The notes under the pieces were generated by a model. The model was given only the letters and a program-made list of their open reading frames with translations, made no database searches and was not told where the DNA came from. From Myxococcota bacterium (GTDB lineage: Bacteria; Myxococcota_A; UBA796; GCA-2862545), in contig JBCCQY010000024.1 of the NCBI GenBank assembly GCA_039208735.1, positions 12,431 to 76,430 of the forward strand: 64,000 bases of DNA, in the 5' to 3' direction. A program made the position numbers and the translations under genes. Positions 1 to 9,005 of this stretch are shown here, piece after piece. Positions within the stretch are counted from its first letter, which is position 1, and the number at the start of each line of letters is the position of its first letter.

Positions 1-431
1 ACGGGGGTTCGGTCGAGCAAGTCGAGGCTGCGAACATGGACGGTGAAACCGTCTACGCCGAGCACCTCGGTTGCCGAAAGCCCAATGGGATTCGGACGAT
101 GGGGCGCCCGGGTGGCCAGCACGCCGCGTAGAGGCCCGCCTCGGGGGGGCCGAACCATCGGCTTGCGCAGCGGTCCATTGAGATGGAGCCAGCTCACCAC
201 CCAGAGATGCGAAAACGTGGCGAGATCCCGCAACGCATCCCGCGGGATTCGTTGCGGATCCAGCTCGATGCGAGCCTCGACCACGCCGGCCTCTTCGGGC
301 CCTTCGAGTCCGGGCTGCCGCGGGGTGCCGTGCCGCTCCACAAAGGGCGATCGAACCCAGCCGATGGGCACGAGCGACACTTCGGTGGGAACGGGCACGG
401 CGTCGATGTAGTCCTTCGGAGGCTTCTTCAT
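1..431 (-). CDS. trmO: tRNA m6t6A37 methyltransferase TrmO/TsaA family (3' end runs off the window)
   Basis: Absent from the ORF track. Manual minus-strand translation from ATG 431 gives MKKPPKDYIDAVPVPTEVSLVPIGWVRSPFVERHGTPRQPG...FSHLWVVSWLH...VRPPRGG..RGVLATRAPHRPNPIGLS...LDLLDRTP, which carries the TrmO signature motifs. Confidence 0.9.
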   Translation of the reverse strand, partial: MKKPPKDYIDAVPVPTEVSLVPIGWVRSPFVERHGTPRQPGLEGPEEAGVVEARIELDPQRIPRDALRDLATFSHLWVVSWLHLNGPLRKPMVRPPRGGPLRGVLATRAPHRPNPIGLSATEVLGVDGFTVHVRSLDLLDRTP

Positions 432-469
432 GCCGGGGCCGATCCTTCGCGACGAATTAACGGCGGGGC

Positions 470-1027
470 ATGCCCAAGGCTCCCCGGCGCATTTCTGCGC
501 CTTACCTCGCACGGGTCACCGCCCACTACCTCGAGCGCTACGCCACTTCGAAGGCCCACCTGCGCCGGCTGCTCCTCCGAAGAGTGCATCGCAGTGCTCG
601 CCACCACGAAGCCGATCCTGAACCTTGGATCGAGCTTGTGGATGAGGAGCTGGACCGTCTTGAGCGACTCGGCTTTCTCAACGACGACGCCTACGCGGCA
701 GACCGTGCGAGAGCCCTGCATCGGCGGGGGGCGGGCGTCCGCAAGATCCAGATGGCGCTCCGAGAAAAGGGGCTCGCGAGTGAGGTGATCGAGGATGCGA
801 TCGCGCAGCTTGGCGAGGGCGGGGAGGATCCGGACTGGGTGGCGGCGTGTACCTTCGCCCGTAAACGCCGCTTGGGACCATGGCGTCGAGAGGATGCCGA
901 TGACGATCGACGCCGCAAGGAACTGGGTCGTCTGGCGAGGGCCGGGTTTTCGTTCGACGTCGCCCGTCGGATCGTCGATGCGGAGAGCGAGGAGGCCCTC
1001 CTGGAGGCCGATCGCGAACGGGACTGA
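470..1027 (+). CDS. recX: Regulatory protein RecX
   Basis: YLERYATSKAHLRRLL, LERLGFLNDDAYA, RRGAGVRKIQMALREKG, LARAGFSFDVA. Confidence 0.9.
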   Translation: MPKAPRRISAPYLARVTAHYLERYATSKAHLRRLLLRRVHRSARHHEADPEPWIELVDEELDRLERLGFLNDDAYAADRARALHRRGAGVRKIQMALREKGLASEVIEDAIAQLGEGGEDPDWVAACTFARKRRLGPWRREDADDDRRRKELGRLARAGFSFDVARRIVDAESEEALLEADRERD

Positions 1028-1078
1028 AGGCTCGGAACGCCCGGCCGATAGGCGGAGCGAATTCTCCTGAGAGTCCGC

Positions 1079-2098
1079 GTGTTTCCTGAAAAAGACGCTT
1101 CCCCAAACCTCTCCTCCCCTCCGGGCTCACCAAAGCTTGCGCTGGGAGCGGCTCCGTCGTTCGAGGGCGCCCATCTCCTCCCAGGGACGCGTGTAGGTGA
1201 CGTGATCGTCGGCGCGATGATCGGCCGAGGAGGCATGAGCGAGGTCTACCGCGCTCGGCACGTCCATCGGGCCACCACGCACGCCCTCAAGATCCTCGAT
1301 CCCCGCGTGTATGCAGGCACCGGACAGCGGTACCAACAGATGTTGTTCGCTCGACTCCGTCGTGAAGGACGGCTGCAGCAAGAGATTCGCCATCCCAACA
1401 TCGTCCACGTCGAGCAGGTCATGGAGACGCCCCACGGGCCCGCGTTGCTCATGGAATGGGTGGACGGACCGACCCTCGACGCCGTGCTGGCCGCGCGCAG
1501 TGCCCTGCGGTGGCAGGACGTCGACGACATCGCGCAGGGGCTGTTGCGCGCGCTGGCGGGGGCCCAGCAGGCGGAGGTCGTTCACCGAGACGTGAAGCCC
1601 AGCAACGTCCTACTCGCCCGTGAACATGGCCAATGGGTGCCGAAGCTCACGGACTTTGGCCTGGCCAAGGACTCGGATGACGTCGATGACCTGACGCTCA
1701 CGGGGCAGGTCATGGGTACGCCCGGCTACATGCCGCCCCGACAGATGCAGGATGCCAAACACGTCGACACGAGCGTCGATACCTATGCCATGGGTGCCGT
1801 GCTCTACGAGATCGCGACCGGCCGCCGCCTCGTTCCCGTGTGGCAGCGGGCTACGCCAGACCTCGTGGCCTGTGCGCTCGAACGTCTGGCCGACACCGAC
1901 GTACCAGTGCGGATGCAGTTGGCCATTGCGATGGCCCTTCGGCCGGGTCTTCCCCGCTTCGACGCGGCCTCCGTACTCGCCGCGTGGCAGGGAAATGCAC
2001 CGCCCAACAACCCGTTTCCGTCTTGGCGACCGGTGGCCGGTTTCGCCGTGGTTGGAGCGTTTGCAGCACTATGGTGGGGACTCGGAATTCTCGGTTGA
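1079..2098 (+). CDS. Hanks-type Ser/Thr protein kinase with C-terminal membrane anchor
   Basis: GRGGMSEVY, ALK, HPNIV, HRDVKPSN, DFGLAK, GTPGYM; hydrophobic C-terminus. Confidence 0.9.
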   Translation: MFPEKDASPNLSSPPGSPKLALGAAPSFEGAHLLPGTRVGDVIVGAMIGRGGMSEVYRARHVHRATTHALKILDPRVYAGTGQRYQQMLFARLRREGRLQQEIRHPNIVHVEQVMETPHGPALLMEWVDGPTLDAVLAARSALRWQDVDDIAQGLLRALAGAQQAEVVHRDVKPSNVLLAREHGQWVPKLTDFGLAKDSDDVDDLTLTGQVMGTPGYMPPRQMQDAKHVDTSVDTYAMGAVLYEIATGRRLVPVWQRATPDLVACALERLADTDVPVRMQLAIAMALRPGLPRFDAASVLAAWQGNAPPNNPFPSWRPVAGFAVVGAFAALWWGLGILG

Positions 2099-2114
2099 TT
2101 TCTCCTTCGTGGCC

Positions 2115-2196
2115 AAAGCCCCCCCAGCGGCAAGGATCGCTGGAGGAGCCGGGAATGACCAACCGGTCGGCGTCGACCGGGGGCAAACGCCGACCG
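2115..2196. terminator. Two GC-rich hairpins between convergent kinase and flagellin genes; probable terminator(s)
   Basis: Perfect 10-bp stem CGGTCGGCGT/ACGCCGACCG (2164-2196). A second stem with CCAGCG/CGCTGG core (about 2118-2149) is followed by TTTG on the minus strand. Confidence 0.5.
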
Positions 2197-2204
2197 CGCG
2201 ATCA

Positions 2205-3050
2205 CTAGCCGATGAGCTGCGCAGCCGAGGCGTTGATGGTCTTCGCCTGGGCGAGGACGGCCACGCCGGCCTGCTGCATGATCTGGAACTTGGACAGCTG
2301 CGCAGATTCCATCGCGTAGTCGGTGTCGCGAATCCGGCTCTCGGACTCACGCAAGTTCAGGTAGTAGTTGTCCGTCTGCCGGTACGCCGACTCGAGACGG
2401 TTCTGGACCGCACCGAACGAAGACCGCACCGTGTTGATGAAGTCGATGGCGGTGTCGAGGCCGGCGAGCGCGGTCTGCGCATTCGCCGAGGTGAGGAGGT
2501 CCATCGATCCCGTGTCGACCGCCATGTTCGCCGCATCCGAGCGGACGTTGAACAAGGCGATGTCGATCCGGCTGTTCGCCGAACCGTCGATGCCGACCTG
2601 CACCGAGAGGTTCGTCAGCGCGGCCGCGGCCGCGTTGAGCAAGGGCACGCCGTTGAACTCGGTCACTTCAGCGATCCGGTCGATCTCCGAACCCAGAGCC
2701 GCAAACTCGTCATTGACGTAGGTACGTTCCTGGTTCTCGAGCGTATCCGACGCCGACTGAACCGCGAGTTCCCGCATCCGCTTGAGGATGGTGCTGATCT
2801 CGGCGGTTGCGCCTTCGGCGGTCTGCACGACGGAGATGCCGTCGTTGGTGTTCCGCTGGGCCATCTTGAGCGACCGCGTCGCGGCGGCCAAGTTCTCGGC
2901 CACACCGAGGCCGGCCGCATCGTCAGCGGCCGTCGTGATGCGCACGCCGGAGCTGATGCGCGCAAGGCTCTTGGTGAGGTTGGTCTGAACCTTGTTGAGG
3001 TTCGAGATCGAGTTCAGCGAGGCCATGTTGGTGTTGACTGCCAGCGCCAT
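2205..3050 (-). CDS. fliC: Flagellin (short, 281 aa)
   Basis: N-terminal MALAVNTNMASL..ISSGVRITTAADDAAGL..QRNTNDGIS..QTAEGA..RMRELAVQ; C-terminal RSSFGAVQNRLE..SRIRDTDYA..QQAGVAVLAQA. GGAGAG RBS. Confidence 0.97.
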   Translation of the reverse strand: MALAVNTNMASLNSISNLNKVQTNLTKSLARISSGVRITTAADDAAGLGVAENLAAATRSLKMAQRNTNDGISVVQTAEGATAEISTILKRMRELAVQSASDTLENQERTYVNDEFAALGSEIDRIAEVTEFNGVPLLNAAAAALTNLSVQVGIDGSANSRIDIALFNVRSDAANMAVDTGSMDLLTSANAQTALAGLDTAIDFINTVRSSFGAVQNRLESAYRQTDNYYLNLRESESRIRDTDYAMESAQLSKFQIMQQAGVAVLAQAKTINASAAQLIG

Positions 3051-3327
3051 GGTTGCTCTCCAAGCGATGATGTTTCAGTTTCGGGAATCGAGCGGCCTCG
3101 GCTCCCGAGTACGCCCACTTCGTCGGATCCCCTGTTTCGCAATTACAGGGGTGGTCACTGTTGCGAATTGGGCTTCGAATCATCATTTTCCGGCACACCC
3201 GGTTTGCCTATGGTGCAAGATTCGCGTGACTACGGAGTTTCCTCCGTCGCAAGGTTGGCCCTCCGTGCAAAGCTGCGGAAGGGGCAAAGACGAGGCACAA
3301 TGCCAAAACTGGGGGATCAGAGGAGCA

Positions 3328-4824
3328 ATGGGTATGGTCTGGATTTGGGGATTGCTGGCTTGCCAGGGGAACTCCGACGATACACCTTCCGATGGAGGCG
3401 AGCCGACATCTGCCGAAACCGGCACGACCCCGGTGAAACCTACGGGCAAGACGGGCGATACTGGAGTCGGGGTTGACATTTGTGATGTGCCGACGGTGAT
3501 GCCCACGGGACCCGTGGTGACCTTCGACACTCCCCCAAAACGGGTGTTGATGCTTTCGATCGACACGCTCCGGCGCGATTTCGTGGACTTTTACGCCTGC
3601 GAAGACGAGCCGCGAGTGAGTCGGATGCCCTTCCTGTCGACGATCCTCGCCCAGTCGGTTTCGCTCGAAGACGCACAGCAGTGCTCCAACTGGACCTACC
3701 CCTCCACAAACTGCACGCTCTCGGGCACGTTGCTCGAGGAGATGGACCACGTGCCACGAGGAGGGTTGGACGGTCGGCCGGTTCCCGAGGGGCAACGAAC
3801 CCTGGCGAGCCTCCTAAGCGAGGTCGGCTTCTTCACAGGCCTGGTGTGGACCAACGGCTGGTTCTACCGGATCGCAGGACCCAACTCGCCTCCCGGGGAT
3901 CAGTTGACGGGCAACAACCAGGGATACCAAGCGCTCGAGGGGCCGGCGGGAGGGGCGGTCAATGTGGGGACGGTGGGTCGCACCATGCTCGAAGAGGCGT
4001 TGGGAGGGGCTGATGCGCCAGAGCGCTGGTTGCTTCACCTGCACTTCATCGAGCCCCACGACCTTTACAACGCACCCGACGAGTTCATGCCGGAACTGAA
4101 GGACCTGCCCAACATCCCCGTCGATTTTCGCGATCGGGGTTCCTTTGGTACGGCGCAGGTCCAGTACGCGGGCTTCGACAGGGAGACCCAAGACCTCTAC
4201 CGGTCGCACTTTCAGCTGCGCTACACCGGCGACCTACGCCAGCTGGATGCCCGGCTCGAGGTCATGTGGTCCCAGCTCGAGGCCGGCGGACTGCTCGACG
4301 ATACCTTGGTTGTGCTGTGGACCGACCACGGTGAAGGGTTTTGGGAGCGCGGTCCACAGGCTCACGGATGGCGCCTCGGGGCGGAAGAGAACGACGCGAT
4401 CGTCGCCTTCTGGCATCCCGACCTCACCCCCCAACGCGTGTTGGGCCCGCATCACGCGATCGACGTCCTGCCAACGACCTTGTCTGCGTTGGGGCTCGAG
4501 GTGCCCGAAGACTTGGCGGGTGTGCGAGCGGGGTTGGCGTCACCAGATCGGGTCCGCTTCACCGCGAGTCCGAACATTGCGGGTCAGCGCTACCAGGCGG
4601 TCACGAAGGAAGGCTTCAAGCTGACGGCGGGCTGGAATGGAACGCTCACCCTGCACGATCGCAACACCGACCGATTGGAGCGCACCGACCTCTTCGCTGC
4701 AGACCATCCGCGGGTCGATGAACTCTGGGGCCTCCTCGAGCCTCGGATCACCATGCTGGAAGAGCGGATTCCCGAGGGTCAACGAGTGAACTGGGACTTG
4801 CTCAACAAGGGAGTCATCCCTTAG
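3328..4824 (+). CDS. Sulfatase-like / alkaline-phosphatase-superfamily lipoprotein
   Basis: AGGAG RBS before ATG 3328; lipobox-like LLAC; SIDTLRRD, NWTYPS, HFIEPHD, TDHGEG, IDVLPT. Confidence 0.85.
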   Translation: MGMVWIWGLLACQGNSDDTPSDGGEPTSAETGTTPVKPTGKTGDTGVGVDICDVPTVMPTGPVVTFDTPPKRVLMLSIDTLRRDFVDFYACEDEPRVSRMPFLSTILAQSVSLEDAQQCSNWTYPSTNCTLSGTLLEEMDHVPRGGLDGRPVPEGQRTLASLLSEVGFFTGLVWTNGWFYRIAGPNSPPGDQLTGNNQGYQALEGPAGGAVNVGTVGRTMLEEALGGADAPERWLLHLHFIEPHDLYNAPDEFMPELKDLPNIPVDFRDRGSFGTAQVQYAGFDRETQDLYRSHFQLRYTGDLRQLDARLEVMWSQLEAGGLLDDTLVVLWTDHGEGFWERGPQAHGWRLGAEENDAIVAFWHPDLTPQRVLGPHHAIDVLPTTLSALGLEVPEDLAGVRAGLASPDRVRFTASPNIAGQRYQAVTKEGFKLTAGWNGTLTLHDRNTDRLERTDLFAADHPRVDELWGLLEPRITMLEERIPEGQRVNWDLLNKGVIP

Positions 4825-6431
4825 CTTTCGACCCGGGAGGCCCAGTAGCGCTCCATCGCAAGCCGGATCTGGGTGACCCCGTAGCCCGTGTCGACCACAC
4901 AGATCGGCACGTCGGCCTCCTGGCAGGCGGGACGGACAAGGTCGTGTTCGCGGTGGGAGATGAATCGGCGCAGGACGATCACCAGGTCGATGGAGCCTCG
5001 CCGAATGCGCTCAGCGAGGGCGCGAACCCGCCGTACATCGGACTCTTCCCACTCGAGGTTGCGAAGGCGAAACGCACCGTGGATGCGTTCGATTGCGGAC
5101 GGTCGAGGATCACCACCCAGAATCACCGCGTGTTTGCCTTCGGTGAGCTGGAGCATGGGCCATCCGTCTGGAATGGGATCGGCGCGGTCCGCCTGGTCGA
5201 CGACTTGCTCTTCCGCGTTCAGGGCGTCGCGAAGGGCGGTCTTCAGCGTCTTGAGGCCCCGCGCGCCCTGCAGGCTGGATTGGAAGGGGGTGAGCATCGA
5301 GACCAAGCGAGGATCACTCTGGCTCACTCCGGACTCGATGGCCTGGCGGGCGAGGGTGACGAGGTCCTCTCGGTTGGTCACACCCTGTTCGAGCGCCCGG
5401 TGCAGGGCTCCCAGCGCACCCTCGGCCGATGTGACGGCGTCCGCGCCTTCCGAGGCCGTCGGTTGCAACATCTGGTACCAGTGATGGTAATCGTCATGCC
5501 AAGATCCGTGATCGGGCGGATTCGAACGGGAGAGTCCCGGCACAAAGCCTGGACGATGTTCCCTCGACCAGGCGGTCATTCGCGAAAACGCGGAGCGGAG
5601 GGCTTCGTCTTCCGCAAAGGTCAAACCGAATTCGCTTTCGTCTTGGATCTGTCGCGCAAGGCTACTGATGAGCCCCATGAGCGCTTTCTGAGCCTCTTGG
5701 GACTGATCCAACCAAGCATCCATCCGGCCAATGCCCCCCGTAAGGCGTTGCACGGCGGCGGCCACGTCCTCCCGTGTCTTCAAGGGGCTTGGCTTGCCGA
5801 TCGACTGCACCAGATCGTCGAGCGATTTGCGGCGTGCGGTGTGGGTTCGACGCTGGGACCATTGTGGCGTCAAACCCAGTTGAGCCAGCGCGATCAATGC
5901 CGCGGGATCCGCGGGTACCGAGTCCGGGACCTTCGGCGGTTTGATGTGGGTGCGTACCGCGGGGGACGTCGTATGCGACAGCTCCGCCGTACTGGGCATC
6001 GCTACTGGAACAATGGGCGTATTGGGCTTCTCATCATCCGCAACTTCCCTCGGGGCGGGTCGGGGACCCACCCGTTCCGCAGGAGGAACGGGGGTGGCTC
6101 GATCGGGGGCCGGTGAGGGGGTTGGCGTCGGTTTCGACGTCGGGATCAGGGAGCCGGCCTCGTCCGGATGTACGGCCACGGTGGCACCACGTGCGACCAA
6201 TCTCAGAACGGCCTGGCCCAACCGAGACGCCAGCGCCCGGCGTTGCGTGATTAACTCGCGAAGCTCGCGCTCTTCGGGAGATTCGGGATCCGGATCTTCC
6301 GCCAACATGCAATACAGTTCAGATATCCGCCCGATGAGGGTCCTGGACTCGTCCAGGGCCTCCCCGAGTTCACCCTCGAGGACCGATAAGGCAGCGACAT
6401 CAGATGGAATCGGGTCGGTGACCGTGCTCAA
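4821..6431 (-). CDS. Large hypothetical protein with C-terminal DUF2325-like domain
   Basis: TTG start with GAGGAG RBS; coiled-coil N-terminus; Pro-rich linker; C-terminal AVILGG..IDLVIVLRRFISH..CQEADVP..GYGVTQI resembling DUF2325. Confidence 0.7.
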   Translation of the reverse strand: MSTVTDPIPSDVAALSVLEGELGEALDESRTLIGRISELYCMLAEDPDPESPEERELRELITQRRALASRLGQAVLRLVARGATVAVHPDEAGSLIPTSKPTPTPSPAPDRATPVPPAERVGPRPAPREVADDEKPNTPIVPVAMPSTAELSHTTSPAVRTHIKPPKVPDSVPADPAALIALAQLGLTPQWSQRRTHTARRKSLDDLVQSIGKPSPLKTREDVAAAVQRLTGGIGRMDAWLDQSQEAQKALMGLISSLARQIQDESEFGLTFAEDEALRSAFSRMTAWSREHRPGFVPGLSRSNPPDHGSWHDDYHHWYQMLQPTASEGADAVTSAEGALGALHRALEQGVTNREDLVTLARQAIESGVSQSDPRLVSMLTPFQSSLQGARGLKTLKTALRDALNAEEQVVDQADRADPIPDGWPMLQLTEGKHAVILGGDPRPSAIERIHGAFRLRNLEWEESDVRRVRALAERIRRGSIDLVIVLRRFISHREHDLVRPACQEADVPICVVDTGYGVTQIRLAMERYWASRVES

Positions 6432-6560
6432 CTCGCACTCCTCTGTCTTCCCGTATCATCGTCACGCCTGCCGCAAGCGGTAGCTGTCTTCGGAAAGCGG
6501 CTCGTAAACTTTGTATTTGCGGGAGCTTCGCCGTTCGTTCCCAGATGTCGCGCTTTGCCC

Positions 6561-6589
6561 TTGAAACGTCGCGGCTCGATAGCCATCTT
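6561..6589 (+). promoter_or_regulatory. Putative promoter for the HAD gene
   Basis: TTGAAA-N17-CATCTT, followed by CAGGAG RBS and ATG 6616. Confidence 0.35.
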
Positions 6590-6615
6590 CCAGGCCGACA
6601 CCTCAGGAGTCGTAG

Positions 6616-7362
6616 ATGAATTCGTTTCCTCAAGCCTGGGTCTTCGATCTGGACGGTACGCTAGTTCAGACCGAGACTCTAAAGGCCGATAGTTATCACT
6701 CGACATTGACGCGAATCGTCTCCTCCGTTTCTCGAACCGCAGCGCACGAACACTATTCCACGGTCGTAGGCCGTAGCGGAGAGGAGGTCGCGCGGTCGTT
6801 TGTCGACCGATTTACCTCGCCGGAAGCGATCCATGCGGTGCTGGATGCCGAGCCTGATGAACCGGCGTGGGCCACGTTCTACCGCCTTCGAAAGGCGGAG
6901 TACGCTCGGTTGTTGGACGATCCGGATTCGCTGCGGTTGGTCGCGTGTCCGTACAATCGGCGACTTCTTGAGCAAATCCGGAATCAAGGGGGACGAACGG
7001 CGTTGGCCACGATGTCGCATCGACCACAAGTGGCGCGCGTCCTCGATGTTCTTGATTTGAAAGAATCCTTCGAATTTGTCGCGACGCGCGATGACGTGGA
7101 ACACGGCAAACCGGATCCGGAGATCTATCGGTTCGTGTTTGATGGGCTTGGAGTGGACGCGACGCAGGCCGCCATCATTGAAGATTCACCCTCGGGGGCG
7201 AAGGCGGCGCTGGCCTCGGGGGCCCGCGTCGTCGTGGTTGTCAATGACATCACGCGCGACGCGATCGCCAAGGTGGCGTGGCCCGACGATCGGTCGGTCG
7301 TGCTCGAGTCCGATGAAGGGCTCGAGCCCGCGGTGATGCAGTGGATCAGAGCCGGTCGATGA
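6616..7362 (+). CDS. HAD-superfamily hydrolase (beta-phosphoglucomutase/CbbY-like)
   Basis: FDLDGTLV motif I, GKPDPEIY, IEDSPSG. Confidence 0.9.
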   Translation: MNSFPQAWVFDLDGTLVQTETLKADSYHSTLTRIVSSVSRTAAHEHYSTVVGRSGEEVARSFVDRFTSPEAIHAVLDAEPDEPAWATFYRLRKAEYARLLDDPDSLRLVACPYNRRLLEQIRNQGGRTALATMSHRPQVARVLDVLDLKESFEFVATRDDVEHGKPDPEIYRFVFDGLGVDATQAAIIEDSPSGAKAALASGARVVVVVNDITRDAIAKVAWPDDRSVVLESDEGLEPAVMQWIRAGR

Positions 7363-7822
7363 GCGACGGCGCGAGGCTACACGACAGCCCAAATCCGTCG
7401 GGCTCGACTTCGAGATCCGTCACCTTGCCGTCCTGCAGAACCACGGCGTAGCGCTTGCTGCGGGTACCGCCGAGCACGGCTGCATCCACGTCCAAGCCCA
7501 TCTTCTTCGTGAAGTCCGCCTGCGGATCCGCGAGCATGCGGATCTTGCCTTCAGCGTTGTGCGCGTCGCCCCACGCCTTCATGACGAAGACATCGTTGAC
7601 GGCCACACATGCGACCGCATCGATACCCTTTGCACGAAGCGCATCAAAGTTCTCGATATAGCCGGGCAAATGGGTCTTGTCACAGCCGGGGGTGAAAGCG
7701 CCGGGCACCGCGAAGATCACGACGCGCCCCGAGGCAAATGCCTGGGCCGGGTCGACCGTGTTGTCAGGGGCCCCTTCCTGAAGCTGGGCTGAAGGCAGAG
7801 AATCGCCAACCTGGATGCTCAT
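7346..7822 (-). CDS. Peroxiredoxin, Prx5 type
   Basis: AVPGAFTPGCDKTHLPG, VNDVFVMKAWG, RSKRYA, LSCS; AAGGAG RBS before ATG 7822. Confidence 0.95.
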   Translation of the reverse strand: MSIQVGDSLPSAQLQEGAPDNTVDPAQAFASGRVVIFAVPGAFTPGCDKTHLPGYIENFDALRAKGIDAVACVAVNDVFVMKAWGDAHNAEGKIRMLADPQADFTKKMGLDVDAAVLGGTRSKRYAVVLQDGKVTDLEVEPDGFGLSCSLAPSLIDRL

Positions 7823-7970
7823 GTACGCTCCTTGCATGAGGGTCACCGCGTGGCGACCCCGTTTCCGCCGTGATGTATCGTTGATGCCAACAGAGTTACG
7901 GAAGCGCGGTAGGAGCGGTGCTCAATGACGATCCCGTCAGCCGTCCGGCACGCACCAGCGTGGGGGCAGA

Positions 7971-8990
7971 TTGTCGATCACCCGGATGGTGAGCTTGCGC
8001 GATTCTAGTGACCGCAAACGCGGCAACGCACGCACCCGAATGGTCTCGTTCGATGGAGACCCGATAGTCCTGCCGCCTGCTCCGAGCGGCGAGGTCGCGT
8101 TCATCGGAGCGTACGCAAAGATCCGGTCCACGTGTTTGGCAGCGACGGGCCCAGGCATCGCGCTGTTCGCCGTGGACGACGAAGGCATGGCGTCCGAAGC
8201 GGTGATCTACGCAAAGTCAGAGACGATTCAAACCGCGATCGTGGGCCGCCACAGCGAAGCCGACCTCGTGTTGGCGGACGACGCGCGCATCTCGTTGCGC
8301 CATCTCGCGGTGGTCATCTGCCCCGACCAGGGACCTGTGACGCGCTACCACGTGCTCGATTTGCGAACTCCGCTCGGGATGACGGACGAACGACAGACCG
8401 TCGTGGGCCACCTGGCAACGGCGGGGCCCATGTTGCTGACGGTGGGACGCTACGCCATCATCGCCATTCCGGTGGGCCGCGTGCGCCAATGGCCCGCCGA
8501 TCCCCTCGCCGCTTGGCGAGGGCTTCCGCCACGGGACTACCAGACCGAGGCGACGTCGAGTCGTCGCATGGTGGCCGACGGCTACCGGCTCGACCCCGCG
8601 GTCACGGCGGTGCAGGTCCTGGGGCGACCTCGCTTTGCGCAGCGCACGCTGGCCGATGAGGCGGAGCGGCCGCTGGGGAATCTCATCGTTTCGTCGAAGC
8701 GCGGGAACGCTGAGTTCGTAATCGGCTCGGGTGCCCTGCAGGCGGGGGTGCTCCTCGGGCGCTACCAACGGTGCGACAACGCAGATTTGCCCTTGCTTGC
8801 AGACCACCGGATTTCACGGGTGCACCTGCTGCTGCTGTCGATCGATGACACGCTGTACGGCATCGACACCGCGTCGACGAACGGGGTGTGGCACGACCGA
8901 GTCCGGTTCCGCCACCGCCCGGTCGCCCATGGGGATTCCATCGAGTTCGGGAGCAAGCTTGCTCACGTGACGTGGCGGCCGGTGGACTGA
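7971..8990 (+). CDS. Tandem FHA-domain protein (start uncertain)
   Basis: Two GR..S..H units: VGRHSEADL..ISLRHL and LGRYQRCD..ISRVHL..DTASTNG. Confidence 0.8.
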   Translation: MSITRMVSLRDSSDRKRGNARTRMVSFDGDPIVLPPAPSGEVAFIGAYAKIRSTCLAATGPGIALFAVDDEGMASEAVIYAKSETIQTAIVGRHSEADLVLADDARISLRHLAVVICPDQGPVTRYHVLDLRTPLGMTDERQTVVGHLATAGPMLLTVGRYAIIAIPVGRVRQWPADPLAAWRGLPPRDYQTEATSSRRMVADGYRLDPAVTAVQVLGRPRFAQRTLADEAERPLGNLIVSSKRGNAEFVIGSGALQAGVLLGRYQRCDNADLPLLADHRISRVHLLLLSIDDTLYGIDTASTNGVWHDRVRFRHRPVAHGDSIEFGSKLAHVTWRPVD

Positions 8991-9005
8991 CGGCGACCCG
9001 CGAGG

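Noticed and set aside
43..411. 122-aa plus-strand ORF at the window start
   Set aside because: The real gene is trmO on the minus strand.
3191..3208. Possible sigma54 promoter (CGGCAC...TTGC)
   Set aside because: GG-to-GC spacing is 12 nt rather than the required 10.
3170..3215. Possible c-di-GMP-I riboswitch upstream of flagellin (GGCAAACC on the minus strand)
   Set aside because: The downstream GACGCAAAG element and P2/P3 architecture are missing.
1752..3476. 574-aa plus-strand ORF
   Set aside because: Antisense to flagellin and out of frame with its neighbours; no motifs.
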